From NCBI GenBank assembly GCA_010909165.1, contig MU008209.1, positions 344,779 to 408,778 of the forward strand: 64,000 nucleotides of DNA, in the 5' to 3' direction. The DNA comes from Anthoceros angustus (taxonomy: Eukaryota; Plantae; Anthocerotophyta). Below are positions 37,441 to 51,150 of this stretch, piece after piece. The notes beneath the pieces were generated by a model, which was not told where the DNA came from, made no database searches, and saw only the letters and a list, made by a program, of their open reading frames with translations. Both the position numbers and the translations under genes were made by a program. The number at the start of each line of letters is the position of its first letter. Within the stretch, counting starts at the first letter, position 1.

Positions 37441-38130
37441 ATGAGTGTAGAAGCATCAGCTGGTCTTGACCTACCGATCGGGTGGGAGGTACAGGAACCA
37501 CCGCAAGGTCTTTTCAAAATCCTTGATTTGACATTATCTTCTGTTGTTATCGGCAGAGAAGTGTTGACTGAAGGGAAATGCACTCCGTTGTTGTCTAATG
37601 TCGCCATCATTCGGTGGGATAGAGTGGAGGACTTGCTCCACGGAGATAGTACGGACCACTCATTTCCTACCTCGTTCTGGAAGGAGACCGACAAAAAGGC
37701 AAGAGGAACTAAAATCATACGTAGACAAAACATGTGGTCTTGGCCGCACACTATTGGTGTGCCTTTGAACAACAAATTTTGCAAAGAACGACGTACTGTC
37801 CGAGCATCTCAGCAGGGAAACGTAAAGGCAAGATATTAAGACTCTCTAGTGTGAAACATGGCTGTCAATACCACTTTGATGTCAAGCAGCTTGCTTGTTG
37901 GCCTCATCTTGCAGCTGTGTTTATTGTCCATAACCAGCATGTCGATAACTCTGGCCAAATTTGTCATGGCTTCCAGTACAATACAAACCCACAAGCAAGG
38001 TTTGCTACTCATTTGAGTACTGAGATACGTGCATGGGTCCAACACAGACTTTTTGCAGGAGCCACTAAAAGATAGATATATTTGGAGCACGTTCAGAAAG
38101 TGGATTTGAAAGCACAGGCTTATGATTAAC
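37441..38130 (+). mobile_element. Frameshifted, truncated MULE-type SWIM-family relic (N-terminal region of the At4g13970/At1g60560-like family)
   Basis: Joining ORFs 37441 and 37734 gives VAIIRWDRVEDLLHGDS..FPTSF, HYWCAF and SVKHGCQYHFDVKQLACWPHLAAVFIVHNQHVDNSGQICHG..ARFATHLSTEIRAWV. This parallels the recalled family motifs IPxxRVDDFxxGE, YWCSFG, KRGCxCHFxVKxL, HVDxxGxxCHG and FAPxIS. No DDE region is visible. Confidence 0.7.
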
Positions 38131-38534
38131 ACCATAATTTTTCAAGAGGGGGAATATACAAACCTCCTTCGGTAGAAACAAAACCCCCTTGATGGATTTG
38201 ACACCCTCTTCGAAGTGCCGGAACTGCCTAGTTATGAAAATCAGCATGCCCTTCGTAAGTCCAAATATTCGGTAAAAGGTATAATTTATAGCAATAACCC
38301 CCCTATAGACCAAAACAGGGCGCCAGCCGACCGGCGTCCTCATGAATCCAAACTAAACACAATAATTTTGCAAGGGGGAATATACAAACCCTCTTCTTTT
38401 GGGGTTGGACCCTCTTGACCAAACACTGCCCGGTCCGAAAATAGCCTTTTATGTCATGTTCAAAATATCACCCCATTCACGGGGCACATACACTTATACA
38501 CCAAATGTTTACCAATTGCCTCTAATGACCCATC

Positions 38535-40445
38535 AAGACGCCCGGCCACTTTGACGGTCTATCACAACACTCAAGCCTTGTACTACATTGTGGGAACTCG
38601 CGAACTTTCTATACCACCAAAAATGGACCTTTCACCCAATCCAATGTTTAATTGAGTCCGCATCTACTTTAGAATGGAGGAATATGACGGGCCATTGCTA
38701 GACTCATCCGGCCTCGCATCGAATCCAACATCATTGCTAAATTACACATTTGTTCCACCATAATTCTGAAAGGAGGTTAATATCGAACCCCCTTTTTTTG
38801 CTTTTGGACCTCTTTCACGAAATCGACACTGACCTTAAAAGAGGGTTTTAGCCCATTCTTCAAAATGACATTACCCTAGTTATTCCATCCACAAATGTAG
38901 AGTCTCAGCCTTTTCCATTGACATGATAGAGAGCGTTTCTAGGGCGCCGTCCCAGCCCCGTGATGTGTTCATGGACACCATTCAATAAATTCATCAAAAC
39001 TAGATATGGTTCTACTTTGGAAAGAAACAAAACTGAAGGTTGTGTTAGAATGCCGACATGGCGGCGTCCACAACGATTGGGACAAGAACGGTTATGGCGC
39101 GACTTTCGCTGACAGCTAGCCGGGCGCGCACAATCCCGTGTCGTTGTAGTAAGGGGTCCGCTCCCAAGGGAATGATGGGCTCCGTTTGTCGCGTTTCAAC
39201 CGTTTTTCTCCTCACCATGACTGCTTTGACTCAAACACATACGCTTATCGTTCGCTACTATCTACCCGTAATGTCCAGTAGCTCCGAGGCCAAACGTTTG
39301 ACCTGCTCACGTCAGTATCATTCCAAATCCCTCAGACTTCTAGTCCGTCCCTCTTACCCTCTCACACTCGCCTAAAATCACTCACGCTAAATTCTCCACA
39401 TCTCAAGACTCATCGCCCTTTGGAAAAGCGGGTGGGCTGCGTGGTCTGACCTCCGCTGCTCATGGACTCTCCGTCTGGGCTCTACACGAGACAAGACGCC
39501 TGCCGGCCTTGACGGTCTATCACAACACTCAAGCCTTGTACTACATTGTGGGAACTCGCGAACTTTCTATACCACCAAAAATGGACCTTTCACCCAATCC
39601 AATGTTTAATTGAGTCATCTACTTTAGAATGGAGGAATATGACGGCCATGCTGACTCATCCGCCTCGCATAATCTGAATCCAACATCATTGCTAAATTAC
39701 ACATTTGTTCCACCATAATTCTGAAAGGAGGTTAATATACGAACCCCCTTTTTTTGCTTTTGGACCTCTTTCACGAAATCGACACTGACCTTAAAAGAGG
39801 GTTTTAGCCCATTCTTCAAAATGACATTACCCTAGTTATTCCATCCACAAACAGAGAGTCTGCAGTCTTTCCATTGACATGATAGAGAGTTTGTAGGGCG
39901 CTCACGGCCAGCCCGTGATGTGTTCATGGACACCATTCAATAAATTCATCAAAACTAGATATGGTTCTACTTTGAAAGAAACAAACTGAAGGTTGTGTTA
40001 GAATGCCGATATGCGGCGTCCACAACGATTGGGACAAGAACGGTTATGGCGCGACTTTCGGCCGACACTAGCCGCACAATCCTGTCACAGGGGGTCCGCT
40101 CCCAAGGAATGATGGGCTCGCTTGTCGCGTTTCAACCGTTTTCTCCTCACCATGACTGCTTGACTCAAACACATACGCTTATCGTTCGCTACTATCTACC
40201 CGTAATGTCCACCGAACAGGCTCGGCGAGGCCAAACGTTTAAGGACCTGCTCATCTCGTGATCATTCCAAATCGGGTCCCTCAGACTTCTAGTCCGTCCC
40301 TCTTACCCCTCTCACACTCGCCTAAAATCACTCACGCTAAATTCTCCACATCTCGCGCAAGACTCATCGCCCTTTGGAAAGCGGGTGGGCTGCGTGGTCT
40401 GACCTCCTCCGCTGCTCATGGACTCTCCGTCTGGGCTCTACACGC
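38535..40445 (+). repeat. Tandem duplication of about 955 bp (about 38535-39487 and 39490-40445)
   Basis: ttgacggtctatcacaacactcaagccttgtactacattgtgggaac... and ...ggactctccgtctgggctctacacg occur twice and differ mainly by indels. Confidence 0.85.
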
Positions 40446-40722
40446 CTCCCGAGTTCCTCCAGCCACGCCCGGCCCGCCCAACGCCGATCTGGCCGCCCCG
40501 GACGCAGCAAGGGTCCCCTACGCTCGTCCCCGCACACACCACCACACGCTAGGGTCCATCACGGGCCTCCGAGCCGCGCTCGCCGGTGACTCAGGACTCA
40601 AGTTAGCAAGAAGACGCACAAGGGTCTGCAAGGAAACGCGGCATCAACACCAAGAGAAAGACACTTTACTAGAGCAGCCTCAACCCTCTTATACTACGCC
40701 CAAGGTCGGCGTCTTTATTACA
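39996..40722. mobile_element. Candidate LTR or TE terminal repeat. Partial copy at 39043-39487; related sequence at about 59852-60330 and 61730-62210.
   Basis: It is bounded by TGTTAG...ATTACA (TG..CA, imperfect inverted ends). Blocks gcacaatccc..ggtccgctcccaag.gaatgat and gttagcaa..gacgcacaagggtct are shared with the insert that interrupts the copia RT. No clear PBS or PPT. Confidence 0.45.
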
Positions 40723-43700
40723 CTCCTATTCTGAGTGGGTGGCCAGCTCAGTGTGCCCTAATCGGCCGCCTACCATCTTACGCCCCTCCCCTATCTCCGT
40801 CGTCGGAGGTGGGCCTGGGATGCCTTGTTCCTGCCACCGATGACCCCACTCCTTGCTCGACTGCACAAGCACCCAATCGGATGATCCGGGGTGGGACCTT
40901 CCCTTCCCGAGACCCCAGACGCTGCGTATTCGACGACCGCGAACCACCACATCCTCCTCTCGTCCTTCGAGTGGGTCCTCACTGTGAGACCACCGCTGAT
41001 CGCCTCCTCCCGAGCACGTCGGGATGACTCCTCTCCTCCCGAGTCCGGACCGGTCCGATCTCGACCGGGTCCGATCTCCGTGGAGTTTGCCTTATTTCAG
41101 TCCGGACCTCGTGGTCCGGTCTCATCTCGGACCTCAAGGTCCGATACTGTGGTCCGGTCCTCAAGTCCGGACCCCCAATCCCGGACCGCCCACTGGGGCC
41201 TGTCTCGCCACCGGCCCCATCACTTGGGTCCGTTGGTTTCCTACCTCCCACCTATTTGGGCCTCATCCCTATCCCCTGGTTGCGACGGACTTACCTCAAG
41301 GCCGCTACATCGCCGAGTCCCGCCTCCTGGGCTCTTCTTCACCGCCTCATCACCAAACAAGGCCACCAAGGCCCCATACTGCCCCCATGCCTTCTTCCTT
41401 CCACTCCTCACCCTTCCGAGGTCCGTCTAGCAAGCCAGAAGTTTCCAACGCTGAGGAGCTCAGTGGTAGTAGGCAAAATCCGAGTCGATTTGTTGGATTG
41501 CCTCCTCTGAGCACGTCGGATGACTCCTCTCCTCCCGAGTCCGGACCGGTCCGATCTCGACCGGGTCCGATCTCCGTGGAGTTTGCCTTATTTCAGTCCG
41601 GACCTCGTGGTCCGGTCTCATCTCGGACCTCAAGGTCCGATACTGTGGTCCGGTCCTCAAGTCCGGACCCCCAATCCCGGACCGCCCACTGGGGCCTGTC
41701 TCGCCACCGGCCCCATCACTTGGGTCCGTTGGTTTCCTACCTCCCACCTATTTGGGCCTCATCCCTATCCCCTGGTTGCGACGGACTTACCTCAAGGCCG
41801 CTACATCGCCGAGTCCCGCCTCCTGGGCTCTTCTTCACCGCCTCATCACCAAACAAGGCCACCAAGGCCCCATACTGCCCCCATGCCTTCTTCCTTCCAC
41901 TCCTCACCCTTCCGAGGTCCGTCTAGCAAGCCAGAAGTTTCCAACGCTGAGGAGCTCAGTGGTAGTAGGCAAAATCCACCGAGTCGACTGGTCCGATCTC
42001 GACTCCGGGTCCGATCTCCGTGAGTCGGTCTTATTTCAGTCCGGACCTCGTGGTCCGGTCCATCTCAAGTCCGGACCTCGGTCCGACTCCATACTGTGGT
42101 CCGTCCTCAAGTCCCGACCCCCAATCGACCGCCACCGTTAGGGGCCTGTCTCGCTCACCGGCCCCATCCTCGGCTTGGGTCCGGTTGGTTTCCTACCTCC
42201 CCACCTATTTCGGGGCCCTCATCCCTATCCCCTGGTGGTTGCGACGGACTTACCTCAAGGCCGCTACATGGCCGAGTCCCGCCTCCTCCCTGGGCTCTTC
42301 TTCACCGCCTCATCACCAAACAAGGCCACCAAGGCCCACTTGCCCCCATGCCCTTCTTCCCTTCCACTCCCTCGACCCTTCCGAGGTCCGCCGTGCAACC
42401 GAGAAGCTTCCAACGCTGAGGAGCTCAACGTGGTAGTAGGCAAAATCCGAGTCGATTTGTTGGATTGCCTCCACATGCGCCCGAGCACCCGATACTCTTC
42501 GCCAGGTGTGCGAAGGTCCGCTTGTCAGTCCGCTCTCCCGCCAGTTTGTCACCGGCCGAATCTCGCGAGGCCATGAGGCTCTACCAACACTGCCCGCCCA
42601 CGCTCCAGCCCTGCTGCTTCGCCCACCGCCTCACGCGATGTGGCCCCTCCGCCTTCCTCAACTGACCAGCCTTTTCCGCCCAAGGCCCTTGCCTCCGCTC
42701 ATCCCGGCCTCAAGCTCCGCCATCTCCTCCTGGCGGCCCCGGCAGTGCCTGACCGTCGCCTGTGTCCTTCTCCATTTCGGCGACGCCCCGCCTCCTTTCC
42801 ATCGCCTACCTCTTCGCCGCCAATGTAGCCGAGTCGCTTATCTCCGCCGTGATCCGCAATCACGCCCCGCAACCCTGCCTGCTTCGATTGATCTTGAGCT
42901 GGCTGGGTCTCTCGGTCTTCCATCTCCGCCTCCCTGCCGCCTCCACTTCCCAGAATCGAGCCCCGAGATCCTCCATCTCCTTGTTGCCGGGCCTCCTTCT
43001 CGCACGGCTCCTGCTCGCCGCCTCCTGCTCCGCCTTTAGCGCTACTGCCCCTCGCCTCCTCCACCGGCTATGATCCCGCCTTAGTGATCTCTTGCGTCGC
43101 TGGCTCACCACGCCACCTTCACCCGAGCCTTGGTGTTGTTCCCGCCCAGCCGCCCAGGTCTCGAGCTCCGCTCGGCCGCTTCCTCCAGCCTCCCTGCCGC
43201 CTCCCTGCCGCCGCAGAGGTCTTCTCGCCTGCTTCTCAGGCTCGCTTCAACTGCTGACAATGAAAGGACCTTGGTCCGTCGCCGAATAGACGGGACCTGC
43301 CTTCGGCTTTCCTCCTCGACTCGAGCGAGGGATTCCGCCTCCCTGCCGCCTCCACTGCCTCCGGAGGAGCACCATGCCTCCGCCTCCTTGTTGCCTCCAC
43401 CCGCCTCCTTGGTCCGCCTCCGCAGAGACCCCAGACGCTGCGTATTCGACGACCGCGAACCACCACATCCTCCTCTCGTCCTTCGAGTGGGTCCTCACTG
43501 TGAGACCACCGCTGATCGCCTCCTCCCGAGCACGTCGGGATGACTCCTCTCCTCCCGAGTCCGGACCGGTCCGATCTCGACCGGGTCCGATCTCCGTGGA
43601 GTTTGCCTTATTTCAGTCCGGACCTCGTGGTCCGGTCTCATCTCGGACCTCAAGGTCCGATACTGTGGTCCGGTCCTCAAGTCCGGACCCCCAATCCCGG

Positions 43701-46700
43701 ACCGCCCACTGGGGCCTGTCTCGCCACCGGCCCCATCACTTGGGTCCGTTGGTTTCCTACCTCCCACCTATTTGGGCCTCATCCCTATCCCCTGGTTGCG
43801 ACGGACTTACCTCAAGGCCGCTACATCGCCGAGTCCCGCCTCCTGGGCTCTTCTTCACTGCCTCATCACCAAACAAGGCCACCAAGGCCCCATACTGCCC
43901 CCATGCCTTCTTCCTTCCACTCCTCACCCTTCCGAGGTCCGTCTAGCAAGCCAGAAGTTTCCAACGCTGAGGAGCTCAGTGGTAGTAGGCAAAATCCACC
44001 GAGTCGATTTGTTGGATTGCCTCCTCCACATGCGCCCGAGCACCCGATACTCTTCGCCATAGGTGGCCGAAGCGGCTGTCCAGCTTGGGTCCGTCTCCCG
44101 CCAGTTTGTCACCGGCCGGCCGAATCTCGCGAGGCCAAGTGAGGCCTCACATTTCCTGCAACTCTGGCCGCCCCGCCCCGCCCAGCCTCTGCTGCTTCGC
44201 CCACGCGCCATGACGCGCCCTCCGCCTTCCTCAACTGACCAGCCTTTTTTCGGCCCAAGGCCCTGCTCCTCCGCTCATCCCGGCCTCAAGCTCGCCATCT
44301 CCTCCCTAGGCGCAGCAGTTTACGCGCCGCCTGTGTCCTTCTCCATTTCGCGACGCCCCGCCTCCTTGTTCCATCGCCTTACCTCTTCGCCGCCAATGTA
44401 GAGTCGCTTATCTCCGCCGTGATCCGCAATCACGCCCCGCAACCCTGCCTGCTCGACAGGTTCTTGAGCCGTAGCTCGGTCTCTGCGGTCTTCCATCTCC
44501 GCCTCCACCTCCACTTCCCAGAATCGAGCCCCGAGATCCTCCATCTCCTTGCCGGCTCTTCTTCACTGCCTCCGGACTGCCTCCGCCTCGCTCCGCCTTA
44601 GCTGGCCGCTGCCTCCTCCACCGGCTATCCCGCTCAGGTGATCTCGCCTTGCCTTAGCCGCGGCTCACACGCCACCTTCACCCGAGCCTCCGCAGCTTGG
44701 TGTTGTTCCTCGCCAGCCGCCCAGTGTCTCGAGCCCCGAGATCCTCCATCTCCGCCTCCTTGTTGCCTCCACCTCCCCGCCTCCCTGCCGCCGCTGCAGA
44801 GGTCTTCTCGCTGCTTGGGCCTCAGGCTCGCTTCAACTGCTCAGACAACAAGGACCTTGGTCCGGCTCCGAATAGACCGGACCTCCCCGCCGCTCTTGCT
44901 TTCCTCCTCGACTCGAGCGAGGGATTCCGCCTCCCTGCCGCCCACCCGCCTCCGAGGAGCACCATGCCTCCGCCTCCACCTCCGGGTCTTCTCTGCCCCG
45001 CAGAGACCCTAAAGCATACCGTCCATGACGTTAGCCAAATCACGTGTTTCTTCCACGGCCGCTGGGAGATGTCCAGAAGTCCGAGGAGAGGGCATCTCCG
45101 CCTCCGTCAAGGACCGCTAGATCCGGAGTGAGTCCGGACTGCCTCCTCTGAGCACGTCGGATGACTCCTCTCCTCCCGAGTCCGGACCGGTCCGATCTCG
45201 ACCGGGTCCGATCTCCGTGGAGTTTGCCTTATTTCAGTCCGGACCTCGTGGTCCGGTCTCATCTCGGACCTCAAGGTCCGATACTGTGGTCCGGTCCTCA
45301 AGTCCGGACCCCCAATCCCGGACCGCCCACTGGGGCCTGTCTCGCCACCGGCCCCATCACTTGGGTCCGTTGGTTTCCTACCTCCCACCTATTTGGGCCT
45401 CATCCCTATCCCCTGGTTGCGACGGACTTACCTCAAGGCCGCTACATCGCCGAGTCCCGCCTCCTGGGCTCTTCTTCACTGCCTCATCACCAAACAAGGC
45501 CACCAAGGCCCCATACTGCCCCCATGCCTTCTTCCTTCCACTCCTCACCCTTCCGAGGTCCGTCTAGCAAGCCAGAAGTTTCCAACGCTGAGGAGCTCAG
45601 TGGTAGTAGGCAAAATCCACCGAGTCGACTGGTCCGATCTCGACTCCGGGTCCGATCTCCGTGAGTCGGTCTTATTTCAGTCCGGACCTCGTGGTCCGGT
45701 CCATCTCAAGTCCGGACCTCGGTCCGACTCCATACTGTGGTCCGTCCTCAAGTCCCGACCCCCAATCGACCGCCACCGTTAGGGGCCTGTCTCGCTCACC
45801 GGCCCCATCCTCGGCTTGGGTCCGGTTGGTTTCCTACTCTCCCCACCTATTTGGGCCCTCATCCCTATCCCCTGGTGGTTGCGACGGACTTACCTCAAGG
45901 CCGCTACATCGCCGAGTCCCGCCTCCCGGGCTCTTCTTCACCGCCTCATCACCAAACAAGGCCACCAAGGCCCCAATATGCCCCCATGCCTTCTTCCCTT
46001 CCACTCCCCACCTTCCGAGGTCCGCTCACTGGCAAAGGGCCAGAAGCTTCCAACGCTGAGGAGCTCAGTGGTAGTAGGCAAACCGGTGTCGATTTGTTGA
46101 TCGCCTCCTCCACATGCGCCCGAGCACCCGACATCTTCGCCATAGGTGCAAGTCGAGCGTATGTCCACCTTTTGCCGGGTCCGTCTCTCCCGCCAGTTTG
46201 TCACCGGCCGGCCGAATCTCGCGAGGCTACAAGAGGCTCATATTTCCTCGCAACTGGCCGCTCCGCCCAGCCCTCGCTTCGCCTGGCTGCCTACGCCGCC
46301 ATGATGCGTGGCCCCTCCGCCTTCCTCAATCGACCAGCAGCTTTTTTCGGCCCAAGGCCCTTGCTCCTCCGCTCATCCCGGCCTCAAGTGCCCATCTCCT
46401 CCCTAGGCGGTCCGTGTGTGCCTGATTTCGCCGGCCTGTGTCCTTCTCCATTTCGGCGACGCCCCGCCTCCTTGTTCCATCGCTTTACCTTCGCCGCCAA
46501 TGTAGCCGAGTCGCTTATCTCCGCCGTGATCCGCAATCACGCCCCGCAACCCTGCCTGCTCGACAGGTTCTTGAGCCGTAGCTCGGTCTCTGCGGTCTTC
46601 CATCTCCGCCTCCACCTCCACTTCCCAGAATCGAGCCCCGAGATCCTCCATCTCCTTGCCGGCTCTTCTTCGACGGCCGTCCGGTGCTCGCCGCCTGCTC

Positions 46701-49700
46701 CGCCTTAGCTGGCCGCTGCCTCCTCCACCGGCTATCCCGCTCAGGTGATCTCGCCTTGCCTTAGCCGCGGCTCACACGCCACCTTCACCCGAGCCTCCGC
46801 AGCTTGGTGTTGTTCCTCGCCAGCCGCCCAGTGTCTCGAGCCCGAGATCCTCCATCTCCGCCTCCGCCTCCTCCACCTCCCCGCCTCCCTGCCGCCGCTG
46901 CAGAGGTCTTCTCGCTGCTTGGGCCTCAGGCTCGCTTCAACTGCTCAGACAACAAGGACCTTGGTCCGGCTCCGAATAGACCGGACCTCCCCGCCGCTTC
47001 TACCTTTCCTCCTCGACTCGAGCGAGGGATTCCGCCTCCCTGCCGCCCACCCGCCTCCGAGGAGCACCATGCCTCCGCCTCCACCTCCGGGTCTTCTCTG
47101 CCGTCCCGCAGAGACCCCAAAGCATACCGTCCATGACGTTAGCCAAAACTCGCCGTGTTTCTTCCACGGCCGCCGCTGGGGAGATGTCCAGGAAGTCCGC
47201 TGAGGGAGAGGGCATCTCCCGCTCCGTCAAGGACTGCTAGACTGCAGTCCGGAGTGAGTCCGGACTCGGCTCTCCGGACCTGATCAGGACCCTCAGGTCC
47301 TGGGTGCCTTGGTCCGGCCCTTCTACCTCCTTGGTCCGTTTGGCCGCTAGCTCCTTCGCCTGCCTCGCTTTGGGCTCAGGTATGGGGTCCGAGTTGGCGC
47401 TTCCTCCCGCCGGAGACAGAGGGCTCCGATGTGGTCACGCTGGCCTCCTGCCTGGCCTCTCCGCCTCTCGACCGCCTCCACCTCCCGCACTCCGGTAGGG
47501 GTAGAGGCAGGCGCCTGGTGCTTCGCTGGTGGTGCCACCTTCCGCCTCTTGACGACTGCTGTCCCATTCTGGTCAGGCCGAGGTATGGCCTTGCCGACAG
47601 CTGCGACGCCGCCTCCACCTCCTGGGTGCTCCGCAGTGCACCCGCCTCCGAACTGCAGAAGGAGGCAGATATCCTCCCATACCTCTCGGGCGGCGAGGGG
47701 TCCATTCCACCGGATGGAGTCCCAATTCCCTCCCAATCATCTTCCTCCCGGCCTGCTTTAGTCTTAGGAGGTCGAGCCTTCGCCTCCTGCCTTCGCCTTT
47801 CCCGCCGGCAGCAGGCCGCTTAACTCTTCCGAGCGCCCGCCTCCTCTTCTCCCTCCTTCAGAGATTGAGGTGTCCCACACATGGATGAGGAAAGGACAAT
47901 GACGAGGGCTTCTCCCGAGCTTCCGCCTCGACCGATCCGGCGAGATGACGCCGCCGGCCCGCTTGCCACAGTAGGGCGGAGGAACACCAAAGATTATCAC
48001 CAAGGTGATCCACCTTGGTGAGCATGTTCCAATGGACAATGACCTTAGCCACCGCCTCACCCGCCATCCAAAGAAGTCCGACATCGCCCAACTGCTTGAC
48101 GACCGCTGGCCCCTCGGTCGCAGAGCGCCCGCCGCTTCTACCTTTCCTCACCTTGAGGGGTTCCGGACTACACCCCAATTTTCACCGGCTTGTAAATCCG
48201 CCTCGACCTCCACGGCCCACCTCCTAGGGTCCTCCTCAAACTTTGAGCGGACCTCCTTGTTGACGGCCAAGATCATGATTCCCCGACAAGTGTGACTGCC
48301 GAACGTCCACACCGCTGAAGATGTCCAGATGCCACTTCTCCACCAAGTCCTCCGCCTCCTCCACCTGTGGTCCAAGTCGGGTATCTCCGACGCCAAGGCC
48401 CACCAGCGCCAAGGCTCCCATACCTCCGGCCTTCTTGGGTCCCATCACCGCCTTCTTCCATCTCCGCCTCCACTTCCCAGAATCGAGCCCCGAGATCCTC
48501 CATCTCCTTGTGGCCTCCTGCCTTCGCCTCCTTGGTCCGCCTCCTGCCTTCGCCTCCTTGTTCAGTTAGCTACTGTAGTCCCTCCACCTCCACGGTTGCG
48601 ATCCCGCCTTAGTGATCTCAGCCTCGTCGCGGCTTCGCCCACGCGCCACCTTCACCCGAGCCTCCACTTGTTGTTTCACCTAGCCGCCTCCACCTCCCCG
48701 CCTCCTGCCTTCGCCTCCTCCACCTCCCCGCCTCCCTGCCGCCTGCCGCTGCAGAGGTCTTCTCGCTGCTTGGGCTCAGGCTCGCTTCAACTGCTCAGAC
48801 AACAAGGACCTTGGTCCGGTCTGCTGAATAGACCGGACCTCCCGCTGCTTGGCGCTTCCTCCTCGACTCGAGCGAGGGATTCGCCTTCCGCCTCCACCCG
48901 CCTCCGGAGGAGCACCATGCCTCCTTGTTGCCTCCACCTGGGTCTTCTCTGCCCGCAGACCCTAAAGCATACCGGCCCATGACTGAAGCCAAAATCACGT
49001 GTTTCTTCCACGGCCGCACTGGGAGATGTCCAGAAGTCCGAGGAGAGGGCATCTCCGCCTCCGTCAAGGACCATGGATCTAGCCCCGGAGGAGTCCTGAC
49101 TGCCTCCGGACTGATCAGACCTCAGTCCCGGTGCCTTGGTCCGCCTCTTCTACCTCCTGGTCCGCTTGGCCTTAGCTCCTTCACTGGCCTCGCTTTGGGC
49201 TCAGGCAGGTCCGGGAGTCAGCGCTTCCTCCCGCCGGAGACAGACGGGCCTCGATGTGGTCACGCTGGCCTCCGCCTCCGCCTCCGCCTCCGCCTCGACC
49301 GCCTCCACCTCCCGCACTCCGTGAGGTAGGTAGAGGCATGGTGCGCCTGGTGCTTCGCTGGTGGTGCCACCTTCGCCTCTTGACGTGCGTTTCGTCCGCT
49401 GGCGAGGTGGCGGTTTCTTTGGGCGCGGCGGCGTCGGCTCCTCCCGTGGGTGCTCCGTTGGTAGCAACTCACCCGGGAACCCGGAAGGAGGGATATCCTC
49501 CCATACCTCTCGGGCGGCGAGGGGTCCATTCCACCGGATGGAGTCGGAATTCCCTCCCAATCATCTTCCTCCCGGGCTCGTTTAGTCTTAGGAGGTCGAG
49601 CCTTCGCCTCCGGTGCCTTCGCCTTTCCCGCCGGCAGCAGGCCGCTTAACTCTTCCGAGCGCCCGCTCCTCTTCTCCCTCCTTCAGAGATTGAGGTGTCC

Positions 49701-51150
49701 CACACATGGATGAGGAAAGGACAATGACGAGGGCTTCTCCCGAGCTTCCGCCTCGACCGATCCGGCGAGATGACGCCGCCGGCCCGCTTGCCTCGGCAGG
49801 GCTTAACTCTTCCGAGCGCCCGCCTCCTCTTCTCCCTCCTTCAGAGATTGAGGTGTCCCACACATGGATGAGGAAGGGCGTGGCCCGTGACGAGGCGGCT
49901 TCTCGCTCAGAGCTTCCCTCTTGACCGATCCGGCGAGGATGATACGCCTCGGGTGGCCCGTTTGCCTAGGGCGTGGAGGAACACCAAAAGATTATCACCA
50001 AGGTGATCCACCTTGGTGAGCATGTTCCAATGGACAATGACCTTAGCCACCGCCTCACCCGCCATCCAAAGAAGTCCGACATCGCCCAACCCGTTTGGCT
50101 GGCCCCTCGTCCACAGTGATGGCGCGCTTCCGCTTCTACCTTTCCTCACCTTGAGGGGTTCCGGACTACACCCCAATTTCTTCTCAGGCGGTTGTAAACC
50201 GCCTCGACCGCCTCCACCTCCTAGGGTCCTCCTCAAACTTTTGAGCGGACCTCCTTGTTGGACGGCCCGGCATCTTCCTGGCGTGTTCGACAAGTGTGAC
50301 TGCCGAACGTCCACACCGCTGAAGATGTCCAGATGCCACTTCTCCACCAAGTCCTCCTCCTCCAGTGCAGGTAGGTATCTCGGGGGTATGTGCGCTCCAC
50401 GCCAAGGCTCCCATACCTCCGGCCTTCTTGGGTCCCATCACCGCCTTACTCCGCCGCATCGGGCCGCATGACGTTGCCTGCCTCTTCGCCGCTCACCCGC
50501 CCAACCACGGTGAGCCATGAGAAGGTGCCTCGAAAGGCCAAGAGATAGCGCCTAAAGAGCGGGGTGGCGGAGCGCGAGAGACTGCGAAAATCGTCGTGAG
50601 GTCACAAAGAGAAATGGTCTTCCTTCCAGGTTGCGACGCCGAGTAGTCGAGCTAAGGGTGTCCTTCGCCTGTGAATCGCCAGAGGTCTGCATGGCCTACT
50701 CCCGCCTTACGCTTCCGCTTACGCTGGCCTTACGCCACCGCGTACTCTAACCTCACGTCGGCGAACCGTACCCGGAGCGTGAATAATCGCTTATAACGTG
50801 CCACCGGGCAACTCGCGGGCCCCGGTCTCACGATGCCTGCCCACCACTCAAGACCGGCCCACGTGGCTTTGTCTGTCTAAATCACGCTCCAACTTCTAAG
50901 TTACTTTACTTTAGCGTGATTGTCCTGGCCCCCGCCTGAGAGCGTGGTCTGACTTATCCTGACTCCGGCAAGTTGTCCGGAGCTCCTCCCGAGTGCTCGA
51001 GTCCTTCCACCTACTCCGTAGTCCTTACTGGAGGTGGAGTATCCGAGTAGTCCGGCTTATTTCTTCCTTTCCGCCTTATTTTGCACTCCGTACCTACGAA
51101 AAAAACAAAACCTAACTCATTCCCTACCCCCGGGGAGAGTCCGTGGTCCA
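40723..51150. mobile_element. GC-rich, strongly C/T-skewed degenerate repeat array, probably the internal region of a Ty3/gypsy-like retroelement
   Basis: A unit of about 496 bp rich in GTCCGGAC/GGTCC occurs at about 41020, 41516, 43536 and 45157, with variants at about 41990 and 45630. Longer blocks are repeated across 42470-50450. It adjoins the LTR candidate. No pol domain was recognised, so the class is an inference. Confidence 0.5.

Noticed and set aside
40900-50500. CRISPR-like or coding interpretation of the repeat array
   Set aside because: The units are hundreds of bp long with no unique spacers and no cas genes, in a eukaryotic context. The ORFs are GC-rich artefacts.
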